From NCBI GenBank assembly GCA_002269645.1, contig NIVC01000219.1, positions 62,001 to 126,000 on the forward strand: a DNA stretch of 64,000 bases. Reading direction: 5' to 3'. The translations under genes were made by a program, and so were the position numbers. The notes beneath the pieces were generated by a model, which had not been told where the DNA came from, made no database searches, and saw nothing but the letters and a program-made list of their open reading frames with translations. Below, piece by piece: positions 1-20,033 of this stretch; position 1 is the first letter of the stretch; each line of letters begins with the position of its first letter. Origin of the DNA: Macrostomum lignano (Eukaryota).

Positions 1-30
1 ATTCTTTTTTCTCATAGATTTCCACGCAAG

Positions 31-7315
<7,285 letters not shown>

Positions 7316-8299
7316 AACCCGACCCCTCCACTTTCTGAGCCTTCAGCAATCAGGATTTCCTTTTGAGTTACGAGAATCTACTCATTTTGCCCACCCGGAG
7401 CTTTTGATAGAGGATTTTAAAGCAACACCTGCTTGCAACGATAATTTTTTAAAATGCATGCCTAGTACGTATGTTGTGGCTCATTTGTTTCATTTTCCTG
7501 AGTTTTCGAATTTAAACAAGACACTTACATGTACATATTGTTTAGGAGTACCTTGAAAACACACATTTTAATGCAGAGCATCACAGGCGTAATTTTAAGT
7601 AATTGTTTATCATAATTTTTCTTCGTTTCGTGTGCTTTTTTCAATGCGGCTCCACTAATTGTTTTATGCAAAAAGTTTAATATCATATAACACGCTAATA
7701 TACACACGAATATCATATAACACGCTAATATACACACGAACATATGTACACATACTCAGTGCTTACGCAATTGTATCTACATGTAAATATGGTTTGCTTG
7801 TAATCGCTTTTTAAAGACTTCAAATACAAACTAATTCGTCAAAACATTATTAATTTCTTTTAACAACGTAAAATGTGTTTTTTCTCTTTCGTTCATGTAA
7901 TCATGCCGTAATTACATATTCCTGTCACATAGTAATTAATTCATTATCTCATAATTTGTTTGACTACTAATTATTTTTTAATTGCACTATACAAACATTC
8001 GCTGCTATGCTATTAAATGTACTCGTTACAAGACTTACATAGCTCGTAGACAGTGAGGAGAATTGTGAAGCACATGCAAATTATGGACGAGTTAATCCTT
8101 GTAAGTCCTTCGGGAGCCTAATGCATGCATGGTGCAACATACATGTATAAAAAGTATTTACTGGCATGCACATGTCAATCAATAAAGCAGATTCAGCTCT
8201 TACATATGTACAATACCAGTCCACTGTCCTGCCAAAGGCTATGGGAGAGTATGTGTATATGTGTACATTTGATATACTTACATGTACATGTATATCAAA

Positions 8300-9230
8300 T
8301 ATGTTTCGCCGTTCCTATACTGTTTGTCCTGGTTGCTTGAATGGGCTGCGGATCGCTCTTCCTCCAATGACGACGACTTTCTCGGTGACGCGGTCGACGA
8401 CCGTGAAGCGTGGTTCGACGCGGATCAGCGCGTGCTTTTGGCTACGCCGACGATCTCGCCCTGCTGTTCTCGACCGTCGAGGGCGCCCAGCGCCAGCTGG
8501 ACCGCTGGTAAGCGTTGCGGCGAGTGTCGGCCTGGTGGTCAACATACGCAGAGAAGACCGTCGACATCGAGCTGGCTGCAATTTTCTGACGTCGAGGCGC
8601 TGACGAAACAGGTGACGAGGCTTCCGCGCTGTCACCAGTTTGTCTACCTTGGCGGTCTGCTGGTGCCTGACGTTCTATCGCAAGGACCCTGCGACGCCGC
8701 CGTGGCCTTGCCTGGCCTGCCTAATTCCGCTCCGTTAGGGCTTTCCTGCAGTCCGAGGTCTTGTCTAACCACGCCAGAGGGCGCGCGGCGTTGTTCTAGT
8801 CGGTAATCGAGACCGTCTGCTGTGCAACGCCGAGACCTGAACGCTGACGGAATCGCGCTCAAACAGCAGGTCGATGCGGCGCACGCTGACTTGCTGCGTG
8901 CCGCCTTTTTTTCAAGATTGCTTACGAGCGTGTTACCCAATGCGGTATTCTATCGCCACACCGCGCGGCCTGTTCCGTCCTAGCGAACTGTTGCGCCGTC
9001 GCCGACTCCAGCTGCAGGCAGGCCATATCCGAGTCGAGACGATCCATATGTACATGTTCTGCCCGCAGCCGTGGTGTAGGAGGTGCTGCTGCTGCTGACG
9101 CTGCAGGCACCCTACCGGCGGAGGCAGGCGCGCACTCGTAGGCGTTTCGACGACTGTCTGCCTTGGCTGATGCCTGTGCCCGGGGACACGACACTGCCGG
9201 CGGTGCGGCCTACATGTACATATATTTCGC
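8300..9230 (+). mobile_element. Decayed, 5'-truncated non-LTR retrotransposon (RT and C-terminal region, RTE-like)
   Basis: Frameshifted RT motifs: SPFLYCLSWLLEW, GYADDLALL (TACGCCGACGAT at 8443-8454), VGLVVN, CHQFVYLGG, NAET, RRRLQ..GH, CPQP. Confidence 0.8.
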
Positions 9231-12200
9231 TTGACATTGTCCTATGCTTGACTGGCTGAGAATGTACATGTATTTTGTTGTTGTTGTTGTTGCACATGTA
9301 CAGTATGTGTACACATTACACATTAGTTATTTTTCGCATATCTACTGCATTAATTTAGATAATAAATTTTCCACTGAAAGAACTATATAGCTTTTGCTGA
9401 CAAGGATGGCTTTTACTGAGCTTTACGTACTTTTACGCGTTCATTAAATCTCTGCAATATGTGTGGATCAGTCTTAGCTAATTAAGCAATTATATGTTTC
9501 TCAGTCTTGACTCTTGACTGCCGTCCGCAAGTTCATAGAAAGTCCTCTAATTTCTGTGCAATCAATAATGTTCTCAAACAATATTGCAAAAATGTTATAT
9601 TTTAGAACTGTAGATTGTCGGCAATTGTTAGGCCCTATATTACATAGGATAGCATAGGAGTTAGCCTCAAATAATCAAGAATGGCGTGGTATGAATAATT
9701 GTTAACTACGAGCTCCTGATACCTTTTGTTAAGTTGCTATCGCCAGTCGGTTCCGATCCGACATAGGGCAAACGGGGTGATTCTCATCGAGAGGTTTCGG
9801 AGGTTTTGAGGTTTTTCAGAGGTTTCATTTCGAACAAATATTTTTGCACAAAAACTTTAATACTGCACAAAAATTAAAATCTTACTAAAATTTACTAATG
9901 AATACAAATTTTCTTTAGAAAATAGCTCGGAGGTTTTGGATTCTTTTTAATTTTGCTTCTGATAGGCACGCGCGGAAATTATTTAACTTAGACAACTATT
10001 TTCATGCTTCAGGGTCGTTCTCAAATCTTAGCTTGAATTTATGAACAAAAAATTAAAAAGCATGAAATATTATTCTTTTGGCTTTAAAATTTTCATTTGT
10101 GGCACCACAACCCATATAGGTTTTTTAAACCACAAAATCCTTGAATATTCAATAAATAAGCGTGTTTGTTTATTTTACCGTAAGGATGTATAGACGACAA
10201 AGTTGTTGTCCTACAATATCTAATTAAAATGCATATGAAACACCTAAAAGTAATATTTCGTCTATTTATTTTTTTATTAAGTTACAAAGATAAACACACT
10301 TAAATAGTCATATTTGATTTTATTTTACTATTAAAAAATAGTTACACCACACGTTTTTAACTTCAAAGAAAAAAGTTCTTTTCGGACATCGTTATTGTTA
10401 AACTTGTTTGTCTTCAAGTTCTTAAAAATTCAGAAAATGTAAATGAGATCATCATTATTTTGAATACTTCTTTCTCCGTTTTCTTCAGAAAATTCATTTA
10501 AATTTGTTTTTGATGTAACTTTAAAATGCGAACTCTGTTCAATTTCTAAAAGTATGTAATATTCATGGAGCGCATAAATTGCAAGCTCACCAGGTAGAGA
10601 TGTTAGAATTTAGAAGTTATCTGATAGCTTACTAGCACATGTAGTGTGAAAGTCAGAAACAAGGCAGTTTAGGGTAAATATCGGTATTTCTATTCTAACT
10701 TTAATCTTTCATTGAAATTGCTGTTGGATTGGTTAAATGCATGCAAAGTAAGATCACATACCTTATTTTGGTTTTAGAGTAATTTGGAAAAAATACATGC
10801 ATCTGTGAAATTTATCAAAGCAATGATAATAATGCAACAACATACAGCATATAAAAGTAATCTAAAATGGGTATAACAATACAATAACAATAACAAAATG
10901 ATTTACTGTAATATTAGAACAATTTTTCTGTATGAAAATAATTAAAAAACTGTTTTTCTTTGAAGTTCAACCATTCACCATTTAGTTTCAATAAGCTAAA
11001 TTTAAAAAGAAAAAAATAACAAGCACCAGTGGAAAAATCTCATTTGTAAAATGAAGCACATATTCGAATCCAATTCCTTGATACAAGAATATGAAACAAA
11101 CCACTGATTTGCCAGTACTTATTAGGACTTCGAAACAAATTTTGAGAAGGCTTTGCATAGCTTCAACAGCATTGAATATTTAGAAACTTCAAAAATACAT
11201 AAAAATGTTAGCTTATTTAATATGGAGCTAATATAATGAGCTTTATTTTACTTCAGATTTGAAGTCAGGTTTTGAAGATAATTCAGAAAATATAGTTTAC
11301 TTTTGCATAAATAATACACTGTATGCCTTGATGACTGTCCTTTAAAAGACCTACACGAGATTCAGGAATCGATCCACTGTATGCTTAAAAGACTACAGTA
11401 GCTATTTTCATTATATGCTCTAAAATATTTTTTTAGTATTGTGTGTTGACTCCTACATTGTTTTAGGTTTTTTAACGTGAGAATTTGGCATTTGGGGCAT
11501 CTCACGTAGTAAAGCCTGTCGTCTCGGGTGACTTATAAATTGTACATGTAGCACTGTAGGGTCTTAGAACTGTTTGATGTCTACACGCCCAAATTTTTGT
11601 TATAGAAGTGATAGATAAGAGTTTCTTTGGGTGCTTCTTTGTAGCCGTGACTTTCCTTAGCATGGATCTGTAAAAGCACTAAGGGGCCGCGTGCTTTAGC
11701 ATGTGGACCTTGACCTTACTGCAATGGCATATCCCCATGGGTTAAAGAGGTCAGCTGTAGTCACACCAGATGGCCGGCTGACTGGGATCTATCGCTATAA
11801 CCCAATACTAGACTTAGTTTTTTGTGAGACCATAAGCGCTGAGCTTCTGTACTGCCCCGACTGGGGGACAAACTGACTGACTACAGACTGGTTGAAGAAA
11901 ATTTCTCTCTCTCTTCTTCACCCCTTGTCTGTTCTGATCTTTGATGTACATAGCATTGCTGTCAAAATGATTCCAAGATCGTTTTTCTCCACCCCCGCCC
12001 ATGCATGTTATCCAGTTCGGTGCCGGTACCGAGTAAGTTCCGGTAGAGATTAATTAAGATCTTTCCAATTATAGTTAGTGTGTGGTGCATAAAGTTTTCA
12101 ACTTTTGTGTGGTGTCTTCATTAAAAACCAAGTGGTGTCTTTCAAACCCACCTAAAGAAAACTTTCTATAACCTAAGTCATAGATCGATGCTTTGCTCGT

Positions 12201-12272
12201 AATAAAAAAGCTAAATATTGATAGCATTAAAAACTAAAAATTGATTCCCATGTGAGTTGAGTTCGTTCATGT

Positions 12273-14588
12273 TCAAAGTTCCCTCATCTCAGCCTGTGTG
12301 AGGTCGAAGGCGCAATCAGGTGAGCAATAATAGTTTTGTGGCAGGTTGCTCTTTGGTGGAAAGCCAGCACATTCACAATGATGCCAGGCATCACAGCCAT
12401 CGCATTGAATCCACTGGATTCTCAAACTTGCAGGCTGAATACAGATGGTAGAACTGCAGCGCTCGACCTCAGTCCCCGACTTACCATGACCCCGACCTCG
12501 CTCTTGACCCCTGACACGCTTGCCAGTTGAACACCTTGCGGCACCAGCTGCATCTTTCACCGAAAGCACTGTCTGCTGTCTTGGCATCGGTGGCAAAGCC
12601 AGCGGTTGCCACAGTCTAGCGTTGTGGCACCGACAGTAATCATTAGCTTTTGTGCAGAGACAGACCAGCTCCCGATACAAGATGCCGCTTTCATCAACTC
12701 GGCAGACGTGGTGGCAGTTGGCAATGCCCGGCATTGTAGACAGGTTCACCATCTGCAGCACATTTCCAAACTCCTCGATGTCACTGGTTGTAACCTCGAA
12801 AAGCAAAATCTTTTTCTCTTCATTACTGCCACCGATCATCATTGCCTCCATCATGTCCTGCACCGTGACCACCTGCCTCTGCTCACCTGTAGACACCCGG
12901 TTGTCGCAACGCCGCTTAATGGCCGCTCCCACACCGTCAGCGGCACCCTTGCCGTGGCCAGCCTCGGTGAAGATCCACTGCCAGCGATGGATGCCAATTC
13001 GCCGCAACAGTCGATCAAACAAAAAAATTGTCATTCTGTTGCGGTATTGGCTGCTGGGGGAGTCGGAAATGATGGTGACTCGCTCAACTTCACCTAAGAC
13101 GGATAAAAAGTGCTTCAGTACAGGTAGCAGGTGTGCAACAATTGCTTCCGCCTTCTTGTTGCGGTCCAACGACAGAGAAGCAAATGACACACCTCGCCGT
13201 TCACACACCCCGTAGGCGACACCCTGGTGAATTGTAACCTGCCCGCGGTCTCCAAAATGGGCTGGTTGCGTCTCGCGGTGGTACTTTGCGCCATACGCTT
13301 CGCTAAAATCAATGTGTAGCACCAGGTGGTGCTCGCCCAGATTGTCCTTCAGCTGACGAATAGCGCGAAATTGATGTCGGAGGCGCAGGAAGTGGGCGCC
13401 ATATTTGCGCAAATGTTTCAAAAGTTTTGCTATGGCAAACTCACAGTTCATCGTTTTCTTTACAACCTCCATGCCATTCGCATCAGTCCTACGCTTCCAC
13501 TTGTCGTACACAACAATTGGCTGATTAGCAGCGGCGCCCGCTTTGATAGGAGAAAGCTGAGTGCACTTCTGGCATATATTGTTCAGACAGTTGTACGACT
13601 CGTCTGAGCAAACAATCTTCCGTAGAAGATCATGCTTGTCAGCTGTTGAATCTATTAGCTTTGCTTTACAAATTCCTTCAACCAAAAGGTCGACGTTGGT
13701 GCACAGTGGGCACAGGCACTGTTCTCGATTGCCTACTTTTGGTTGAAGCACATGTGGCGGCTTGTAACGGTAAAATGAAGCCCTGCTACATTTTACAGTC
13801 GGGTGTTCAGACAGAAATTTTTCGTACAAAATCTGCATTCCGTAAAGAAGATAGCGTTTCTGCTTCTTTTCCGACCCTCTGAGCACGGTCTCTTTTCTTC
13901 CAGCAGTCGCCCGTGAGTTTTGGTCCTCACACAAAAAATCCGAAACAGCCATTGGCAACTTTTTCACTTTTGGCGGTGGAAGCGGCTTCAAAATTTTCCC
14001 GGAACAGTGCAATCGCCGGAGCACCTCTTTTCTTACTCCAGGAGTCTCAGCAGTCTCACAAATGCGCCGAACTACGCCTTGCATGTGCTTCTTTCGTTTC
14101 ACTGCTACGACGCTATCCACAATATGCTTGACGGCGGCATCTGAATCGTCAGAGGCACCTTGTCTAGAAACAGCAGCCTTAGATCTTCGCCGCTTCTGCT
14201 GCTTCAGCTTTTTATTTTCTTCTTCCACCTTCTTCAACCGTTCAAGCAAACGCGAAATTTCTTCCTTTTTCTTTCTCATCTCCCGCTGCTTAGCAGCCTC
14301 AGACCGACTCAATCGCTCATTCGCAGTGCTCTTAATCTGTTTAGTATCATTCCTTGAATTAGGCTTAATCTGACGTCTTCTCTGGTCTTTTACTGCGTCC
14401 GATTCCATGATACTTTTTTGTTTGTAATAGAACTTTTTTTGTCTCAATCGATTCTGCTCTTTGAATCCCTCAAGATCAGCGGAACGCTTTTTATTCTCCC
14501 ATTTTTTATAAGACTCGCGAGCGCGCTGCTTCTTTGATGGCATACTAAAGAAGCAGTTGCTTTTGAGCTGAAAGTGAACGGAATTCAT
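12273..14588 (-). CDS. Intact DDD-type transposase (Sola2-like) with a C-terminal PHD finger, 771 aa (756 aa from ATG 14543)
   Basis: Uninterrupted ORF. Basic N-terminus; Cys clusters CLCPLC and CSDESYNCLNNICQKC; putative catalytic motifs HIDFSEAY, ISDSPSSQYRN, GHGKGAADGVG; C4HC3 PHD at 12312-12458. Confidence 0.9.
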   Translation of the reverse strand: MNSVHFQLKSNCFFSMPSKKQRARESYKKWENKKRSADLEGFKEQNRLRQKKFYYKQKSIMESDAVKDQRRRQIKPNSRNDTKQIKSTANERLSRSEAAKQREMRKKKEEISRLLERLKKVEEENKKLKQQKRRRSKAAVSRQGASDDSDAAVKHIVDSVVAVKRKKHMQGVVRRICETAETPGVRKEVLRRLHCSGKILKPLPPPKVKKLPMAVSDFLCEDQNSRATAGRKETVLRGSEKKQKRYLLYGMQILYEKFLSEHPTVKCSRASFYRYKPPHVLQPKVGNREQCLCPLCTNVDLLVEGICKAKLIDSTADKHDLLRKIVCSDESYNCLNNICQKCTQLSPIKAGAAANQPIVVYDKWKRRTDANGMEVVKKTMNCEFAIAKLLKHLRKYGAHFLRLRHQFRAIRQLKDNLGEHHLVLHIDFSEAYGAKYHRETQPAHFGDRGQVTIHQGVAYGVCERRGVSFASLSLDRNKKAEAIVAHLLPVLKHFLSVLGEVERVTIISDSPSSQYRNRMTIFLFDRLLRRIGIHRWQWIFTEAGHGKGAADGVGAAIKRRCDNRVSTGEQRQVVTVQDMMEAMMIGGSNEEKKILLFEVTTSDIEEFGNVLQMVNLSTMPGIANCHHVCRVDESGILYRELVCLCTKANDYCRCHNARLWQPLALPPMPRQQTVLSVKDAAGAARCSTGKRVRGQERGRGHGKSGTEVERCSSTICIQPASLRIQWIQCDGCDAWHHCECAGFPPKSNLPQNYYCSPDCAFDLTQAEMREL

Positions 14589-14713
14589 TTATTTATTTGA
14601 TAAATGTATAGGTTTTGAGATTTAACTTCTTAGACTTATTGACATAAATCTACGTTTAAGCTTCAAGCAGTGAGCTGATGTGGATAAATTTTTAATACTT
14701 GATGTGGCGTTAT

Positions 14714-15079
14714 CAGTAGCGTCGCCACCGGGGGGGCAGTGCAGGGGGACAAGCCCCCAGTAAAATGCTTTGTCCCCCACCATGCATTCCTTCGTTGACC
14801 TGTTATGGAAAAAAATAATGTTGCTTCAGGACGACAAAAATAGTGTCTGCGGCGCGAAAATGGATCCTGTGGTTCTAAAATGTGTGCCAGCGGTTCTAAA
14901 ATGAATGCCAGCAGTGCTGAAGTGGTGCAGCTGAGGCACTAAAACGAGTGCCTATGGCGCTTAAATGATAGTTGACAACACATTCCGAAAATAATATACA
15001 GCAGAAATTTAGTCGTGTACATGCTGAATTCTTGGCTTCGTCCCCCCCTTCAACCATAGAATCCATGGCGACGTCCCTG
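14714..15079. mobile_element. hAT-type MITE (366 bp) upstream of the transposase
   Basis: Imperfect TIR cagtagcgtcgcca / tggcgacgtccctg; 8-bp flanks ggcgttat / ggcataat (6/8 match). Confidence 0.6.
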
Positions 15080-17249
15080 GGCATAATTATTCGTTTCTGA
15101 TGTACTATTTTTACCATTGCCAGTAGTAATTTTAAAAAATGTTTCTATTTTCTTTTTGTCGTTGGTATGTAACAAAAGTCCGAATCTATTACCTAAAAAT
15201 TGAGATCACTAATCATGCATAATCGATCTAATTAGAAAGTAAGAAGCATAGAAATGTTATTTTAGTAAACTCTAGAAAATTAGTTTCATAATTATAACTA
15301 TCATTTCATACATAGATGCAAGACTGTTTTCTCATGGTATTTCTATAAAAATGCACGGCATCATTTTTATTCATCTTTTATTCTTTCCTGCTTCTTAGCA
15401 TATTAATTTTTGTTTCAGACTACTTAAAATGTACTATAAAATATTAAAAAATCAGTCTAAAAATCTTCTTTTGAGTAAAAACAACTAACAACACCCAGTT
15501 TAAATTAGATCAGTATAAATTTAAGTACAAAGCGTAAAATTCTGTTGTTTTTCATCAACAGATTGGGCATTTAAATGGCCAAGTTTATTTTAGATGTACA
15601 AAAATACCTTCCAAAAACCTAACAATGTGCTGAGAATTTTTTAATACTTTACTAGGGGCATAGAGGCAGTACTTTTTTTCAAGCCACAGATGAAGGCTTT
15701 GAAACAGAACTACTCTGGTACTGCTTGTTTTATTGTAGACAGATTAATCTGTATTTGTTAGGTTAATTTTGTGCTATTGAAAAACTAAAAACTCGTGATT
15801 TAATTAACATAATTCTTACAATTTTAAATGACACTGAATAATTTGATACTATATTGTAAATTGTGACCATCTTTCTTAATAACAGATGAAAACACACCTC
15901 TCTTTTGATTCTATCAGCTGAACGAATGAACTGAAAGTTAGATTTTTTCATCCCATACAGTGTCACGCTTCTAGAAAAGTCAAAATAAAAACGTCAATTC
16001 AACAAGCCAAAGGTTTTAATGGCTTTCAGGTTGTAAGAAATCAAGATATAAATAATATTTGATAGTTTTACTTTTTGATACGACCACGTGAGAAAAATAT
16101 TGTATCTATAAAATGGGTATTACGCTATAAAGCGATAATCCAAAAAATAAATTAAAAAACGAAGATGCGCAGACTCTTGACATTTACTCAAGAATTTTAA
16201 ATAAAAATGACTGTTTATAATCATAAACGTTTATTTTTAATAGTATTGTCGAGCCACATGAAAAAATAAGCCCTCAATTTAAGGCGGATTAAAAAAAATT
16301 TGCTTAACTGCTTACGTCGAAACTTTGAGAACGACCCTTCAAATAAAAGTGGTTTTTTAAAACACTACGCAACACAACACACTGGTAGGCTAATATCAGT
16401 GCCATTGGCATTTACATTCAAGGTGCATAAATAAAATAAAAATATTCGAATTGAAGGCGCTGCTTGAAATATACTGAAAACATATAGACAGCTGTTTCAT
16501 CCGTTTCCCGTTTTTTTACTTTTGAGTGCTGCATACCATTTTGCATTCGAATTCTGTTATGACATTGATGTGATGTTATGTTATGTTATGACATACTGCC
16601 GCACAGAAGTAAATAGCAGAATTATTGTTGTCTCAATGTTTTTTATAAATATTTGAGGGCCTGGAATTACAAGTATGCATTTTACTTTTAACTACTTAAA
16701 GCAGAGCATTTTACTTTTTATCATTAAATTAATTTCAATTGCTAAATGCTATTAGCTTTTCTCTCATAAATAACACTAGTTGCACAACTGTTACTGCTGA
16801 CAAAAGCTCTAACACATTAGAGTCAGTTCTTATGCAAACAAAATGCTTGCAGTAAGACTTTGAACATGTATTGCACTACCTTTGTTTGATGCTAAAAATC
16901 TATGTTGAGCAATAAACTAGATAGCTGATACCAATATATTTACTAGAGTTAAAACTAAAAAGTCATTGGACACATTTTTGGCATTGTTTATTTTAAAATA
17001 ATATAATTTCTTCAATATAAATGTATTGGCATCTTTAAAGATTTCAAGAATAAATGTATAGGAAAATCATTATGTTTCTTGACATTTGAAATTGATTGTT
17101 TATGAAAAGTTATAGATGAAAGTAATCAATACCTTTTATTTCAACATGCCTTATTTCAGCTGCCAATACCATGCCTGAACTACCGCTTGCATGGTCTCCT
17201 GCCTGCATTTTGAGCCTGTACAGGCCAACAATGCTTCATGTTTGTCTAA

Positions 17250-18800
17250 TCTAATAATAGGCATTATGGCATTCCATGTCCTATACCCACTTATGTTGCG
17301 ACTCAGTGCAACGTAGCTCGCCACCCTTAGAGCTTTGGCAGGCTGGGTTGCTTTTGTGGTGGCTATTGGTTTGGTTGTCAGCATACAGAATATGGCTGTG
17401 CTCTAGCTACTAACAAGATGACATAAACCGACAGCCTAGGGGCTAATCTACTGCACACTGCCTTCGAGATGAGTGACTGGAGTTCTTCAACTGCTTGCTG
17501 GCTGACGCGCTACAGCCTTCGTTTTTGCAGGCATCGTCTTTCATATGCGCATTAACTCCCAAAGTTAAGAACTTCACTTTCATCTGAGTAAATAAAAAGA
17601 CAAGACTTATATTCTCTTATGTACATATCTGAAATGTGAACTTTTAAACTGTTTTTATTTGACTCTCAAAGAATATTTATATATAGTGTATTTAGGCAAT
17701 GTAACAGCAATGTATGGATAAATATACATACTGATAGAGAAAATACAAAACGTTCCTTCTTTGGGCCTTTTCATGTTACCAATTCCAGAACCAGAATCGG
17801 TTCGGATTTCCAAGAAAAACAGCAATATAACTATTAAACTCTCTTAATATTTGACTGCCTTAACAACCTAACTTAGCACAATTTTTCACTTTCTTCTTGG
17901 CGATTGTCATTCAATAATAAAAAATTTATAGCACGTATCTCCCTCTAGTTATGGAGACAAAAAGTTATACTTCACAAATTGGTCCTGGTTCTGGAACCAG
18001 AGCAAGCAATATGAAAGGTCCTTTGTTTTTGAAATGCATTCTTGCAATGTTCGATGTTTTAAAAAAGGCTTAAAAAATAAGGCAAGACCAATTGGAAACT
18101 ACTGTGAAGCTCATTTGCTTGGATCAAGCTTGCGCAGTTGACGCATGCTGGCTGACATTGGATTATCTATCAGACTTGGAGTCTCGCCACACTAAACCCT
18201 TGAAAAAACGTTAGCCAGCCTTTTGAGATGCAGCATAGCATTCCAGGTTCAATGGCATGTCTATGAAGATTGCATCCTACATCGTCAAGACCACCAACGT
18301 GATCGAGAGCTCAATATTGTAGGGTGAGGAACATGGGCGATGCTTCTCAGTGTGCGGTTTCCGCTACGGCCAGCAAAGTGCAATCGGGCAGTCGCATCAT
18401 GTCAGTTGTAGTGAGTTCCATTTGTATCAGTAACACTCGGCTGCTGCTGCTGAACAAAAATGATTGGTGTGAGTTCCCTTGGCACAATTCCCTCAGGGCA
18501 ATCAGGTGGGCTGCAAATTCCTCCAAGATTGGCACCAGCATGTCTGACATTGCTTTTCATGGCCTCCAATTGAGACTATCGAACCAGTTGATGCTGGAAG
18601 CCCAAAAATGCGACAATGGGACTCGAGTGATGCAATGATGAGCAACAACGCTGAAGTCGAGCCGCGCCAAAAGCATATCGCGCCAACCGCGACTTCTAGA
18701 AGCATATCATCTTGTGCAATGGTATTTTAGTAGGCCATTGCTTTGCACAAATTCCCATAGTTTGATGGGTTCTGGAAAGATGGCATGATTGAGAAATACA
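17250..18800 (+). pseudogene. Possible heavily decayed MULE transposase remnant inside element A
   Basis: GC-richer islands. At ~18250-18315, QWHVYEDCILH followed after a frameshift by KTTNVIESS resembles the W-x-V-Y...TTN-x-E motif around the MULE/IS256 catalytic Glu. GIVFH at ~17530 resembles GC-x-FH. Many stops. Confidence 0.3.
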
Positions 18801-20033
18801 ATGTTAGTCTTACATTTTAGTATATGGGTGTAGTGTAAGTACTTAACATCATAAGAAAATCTAAAGATTTAGAGCCTTCTCCCCAACATGGTTGGCACCA
18901 TGCATTTCATTGGCATGATAACTACTGTGGATGATAAGAGAACATATTTTTTTAATATTACAACAAATAACTTATAAAGTAAATTAAAAATTGAATAAAA
19001 ATGTGATAACTAGATATACATAAGTACAAGCTACTATTTACTTTGAATATTTGCATAAAAAGAAAGCTAGTTACTAAAGCAAGTTACTAATGTATAAGAG
19101 TAATAGAAATTGTACTAGACTATATCAACTTAAATTATAACTGAATATAAAGTTATTAATAAATTATATTTGAAATTAAAAATGTAAAAATTTCAGATCA
19201 TTAGAGCTTTCAATTTTATAGGTAGAGATAAAGCAGTAAAAATTTTTTCCATTTTTTAAGCTTTGTGAAGAGAATTATTCACTAGTATTAGAGGCTTAGG
19301 TAATAAATTTTTATCCTATGTGCATCGTGTGTTAGGATTTAGGATGATGATGTAAAAATAGTAAATAATATAAAATAGAAAAATAAAAATAAAACTTTTA
19401 GTATAATGGATGTAAAATAAAAAAAGAATATCAAATAAGTGAAATAAAATAAATATATTTTACATTATAGATGCCCAGTAAAATACTTAGGGCCTTTAGT
19501 TAGTTAGACTAACAATCTATATTAAATAGCGGCTGATACTAACTTGATGAAAAAAATACTGATTTGGTCTTGTTAGTCTTAATTTAGTTAGTCTGGCTTA
19601 AAAATTGATAGCTTTCTTAAGACCAAGTCAAAAACAATATGAAATTCGTATTGGTAAATAGTGTCTGTTTTTAATTACATGGACAGGTCTAGTAGAAATT
19701 AGGATAGTTACGAATATGCATTGAAAGGGAACAACACATACTTGTGACTATTCGCAACTCTGCGCTTATGAAATGAAAAGGAAACAATGAAAATGGCATG
19801 GCATAAAATGTGTCAGTTGACTACCACGCATAAAAAACAGTTAAATAATTTCCGCGCGTGCCTATCAGAAGCAAAATTAAAAAGAATCCAAAACCTCCAA
19901 GCTATTTTCTAAAGAAAATTTGTATTCATTAGTAAATTTCAGTAAGATTTTAATTTTTGTGCAGTATTAAAGTTTTTGTGCAAAAATATTTGTTCGAAAT
20001 GAAACCTCTGAAAAACCTCAAAACCTCCGAAAC

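Larger units (their letters stand above)
10012..16337 (-). mobile_element. Autonomous-looking DNA transposon, Sola2-like, inserted 23 bp inside the left TIR boundary of element A
   Basis: Perfect 14-bp TIR gggtcgttctcaaa / tttgagaacgaccc; 4-bp TSD TTCA (10008-10011, 16338-16341); encloses the intact transposase ORF. GRG...CYC termini with a 4-bp TSD fit the Sola2 description (superfamily call from memory, not searched). Confidence 0.75.

Noticed and set aside
11500-12010. GC-richer island downstream of the transposase as a second transposon gene
   Set aside because: All frames I tried stop quickly and no motif was recognisable.
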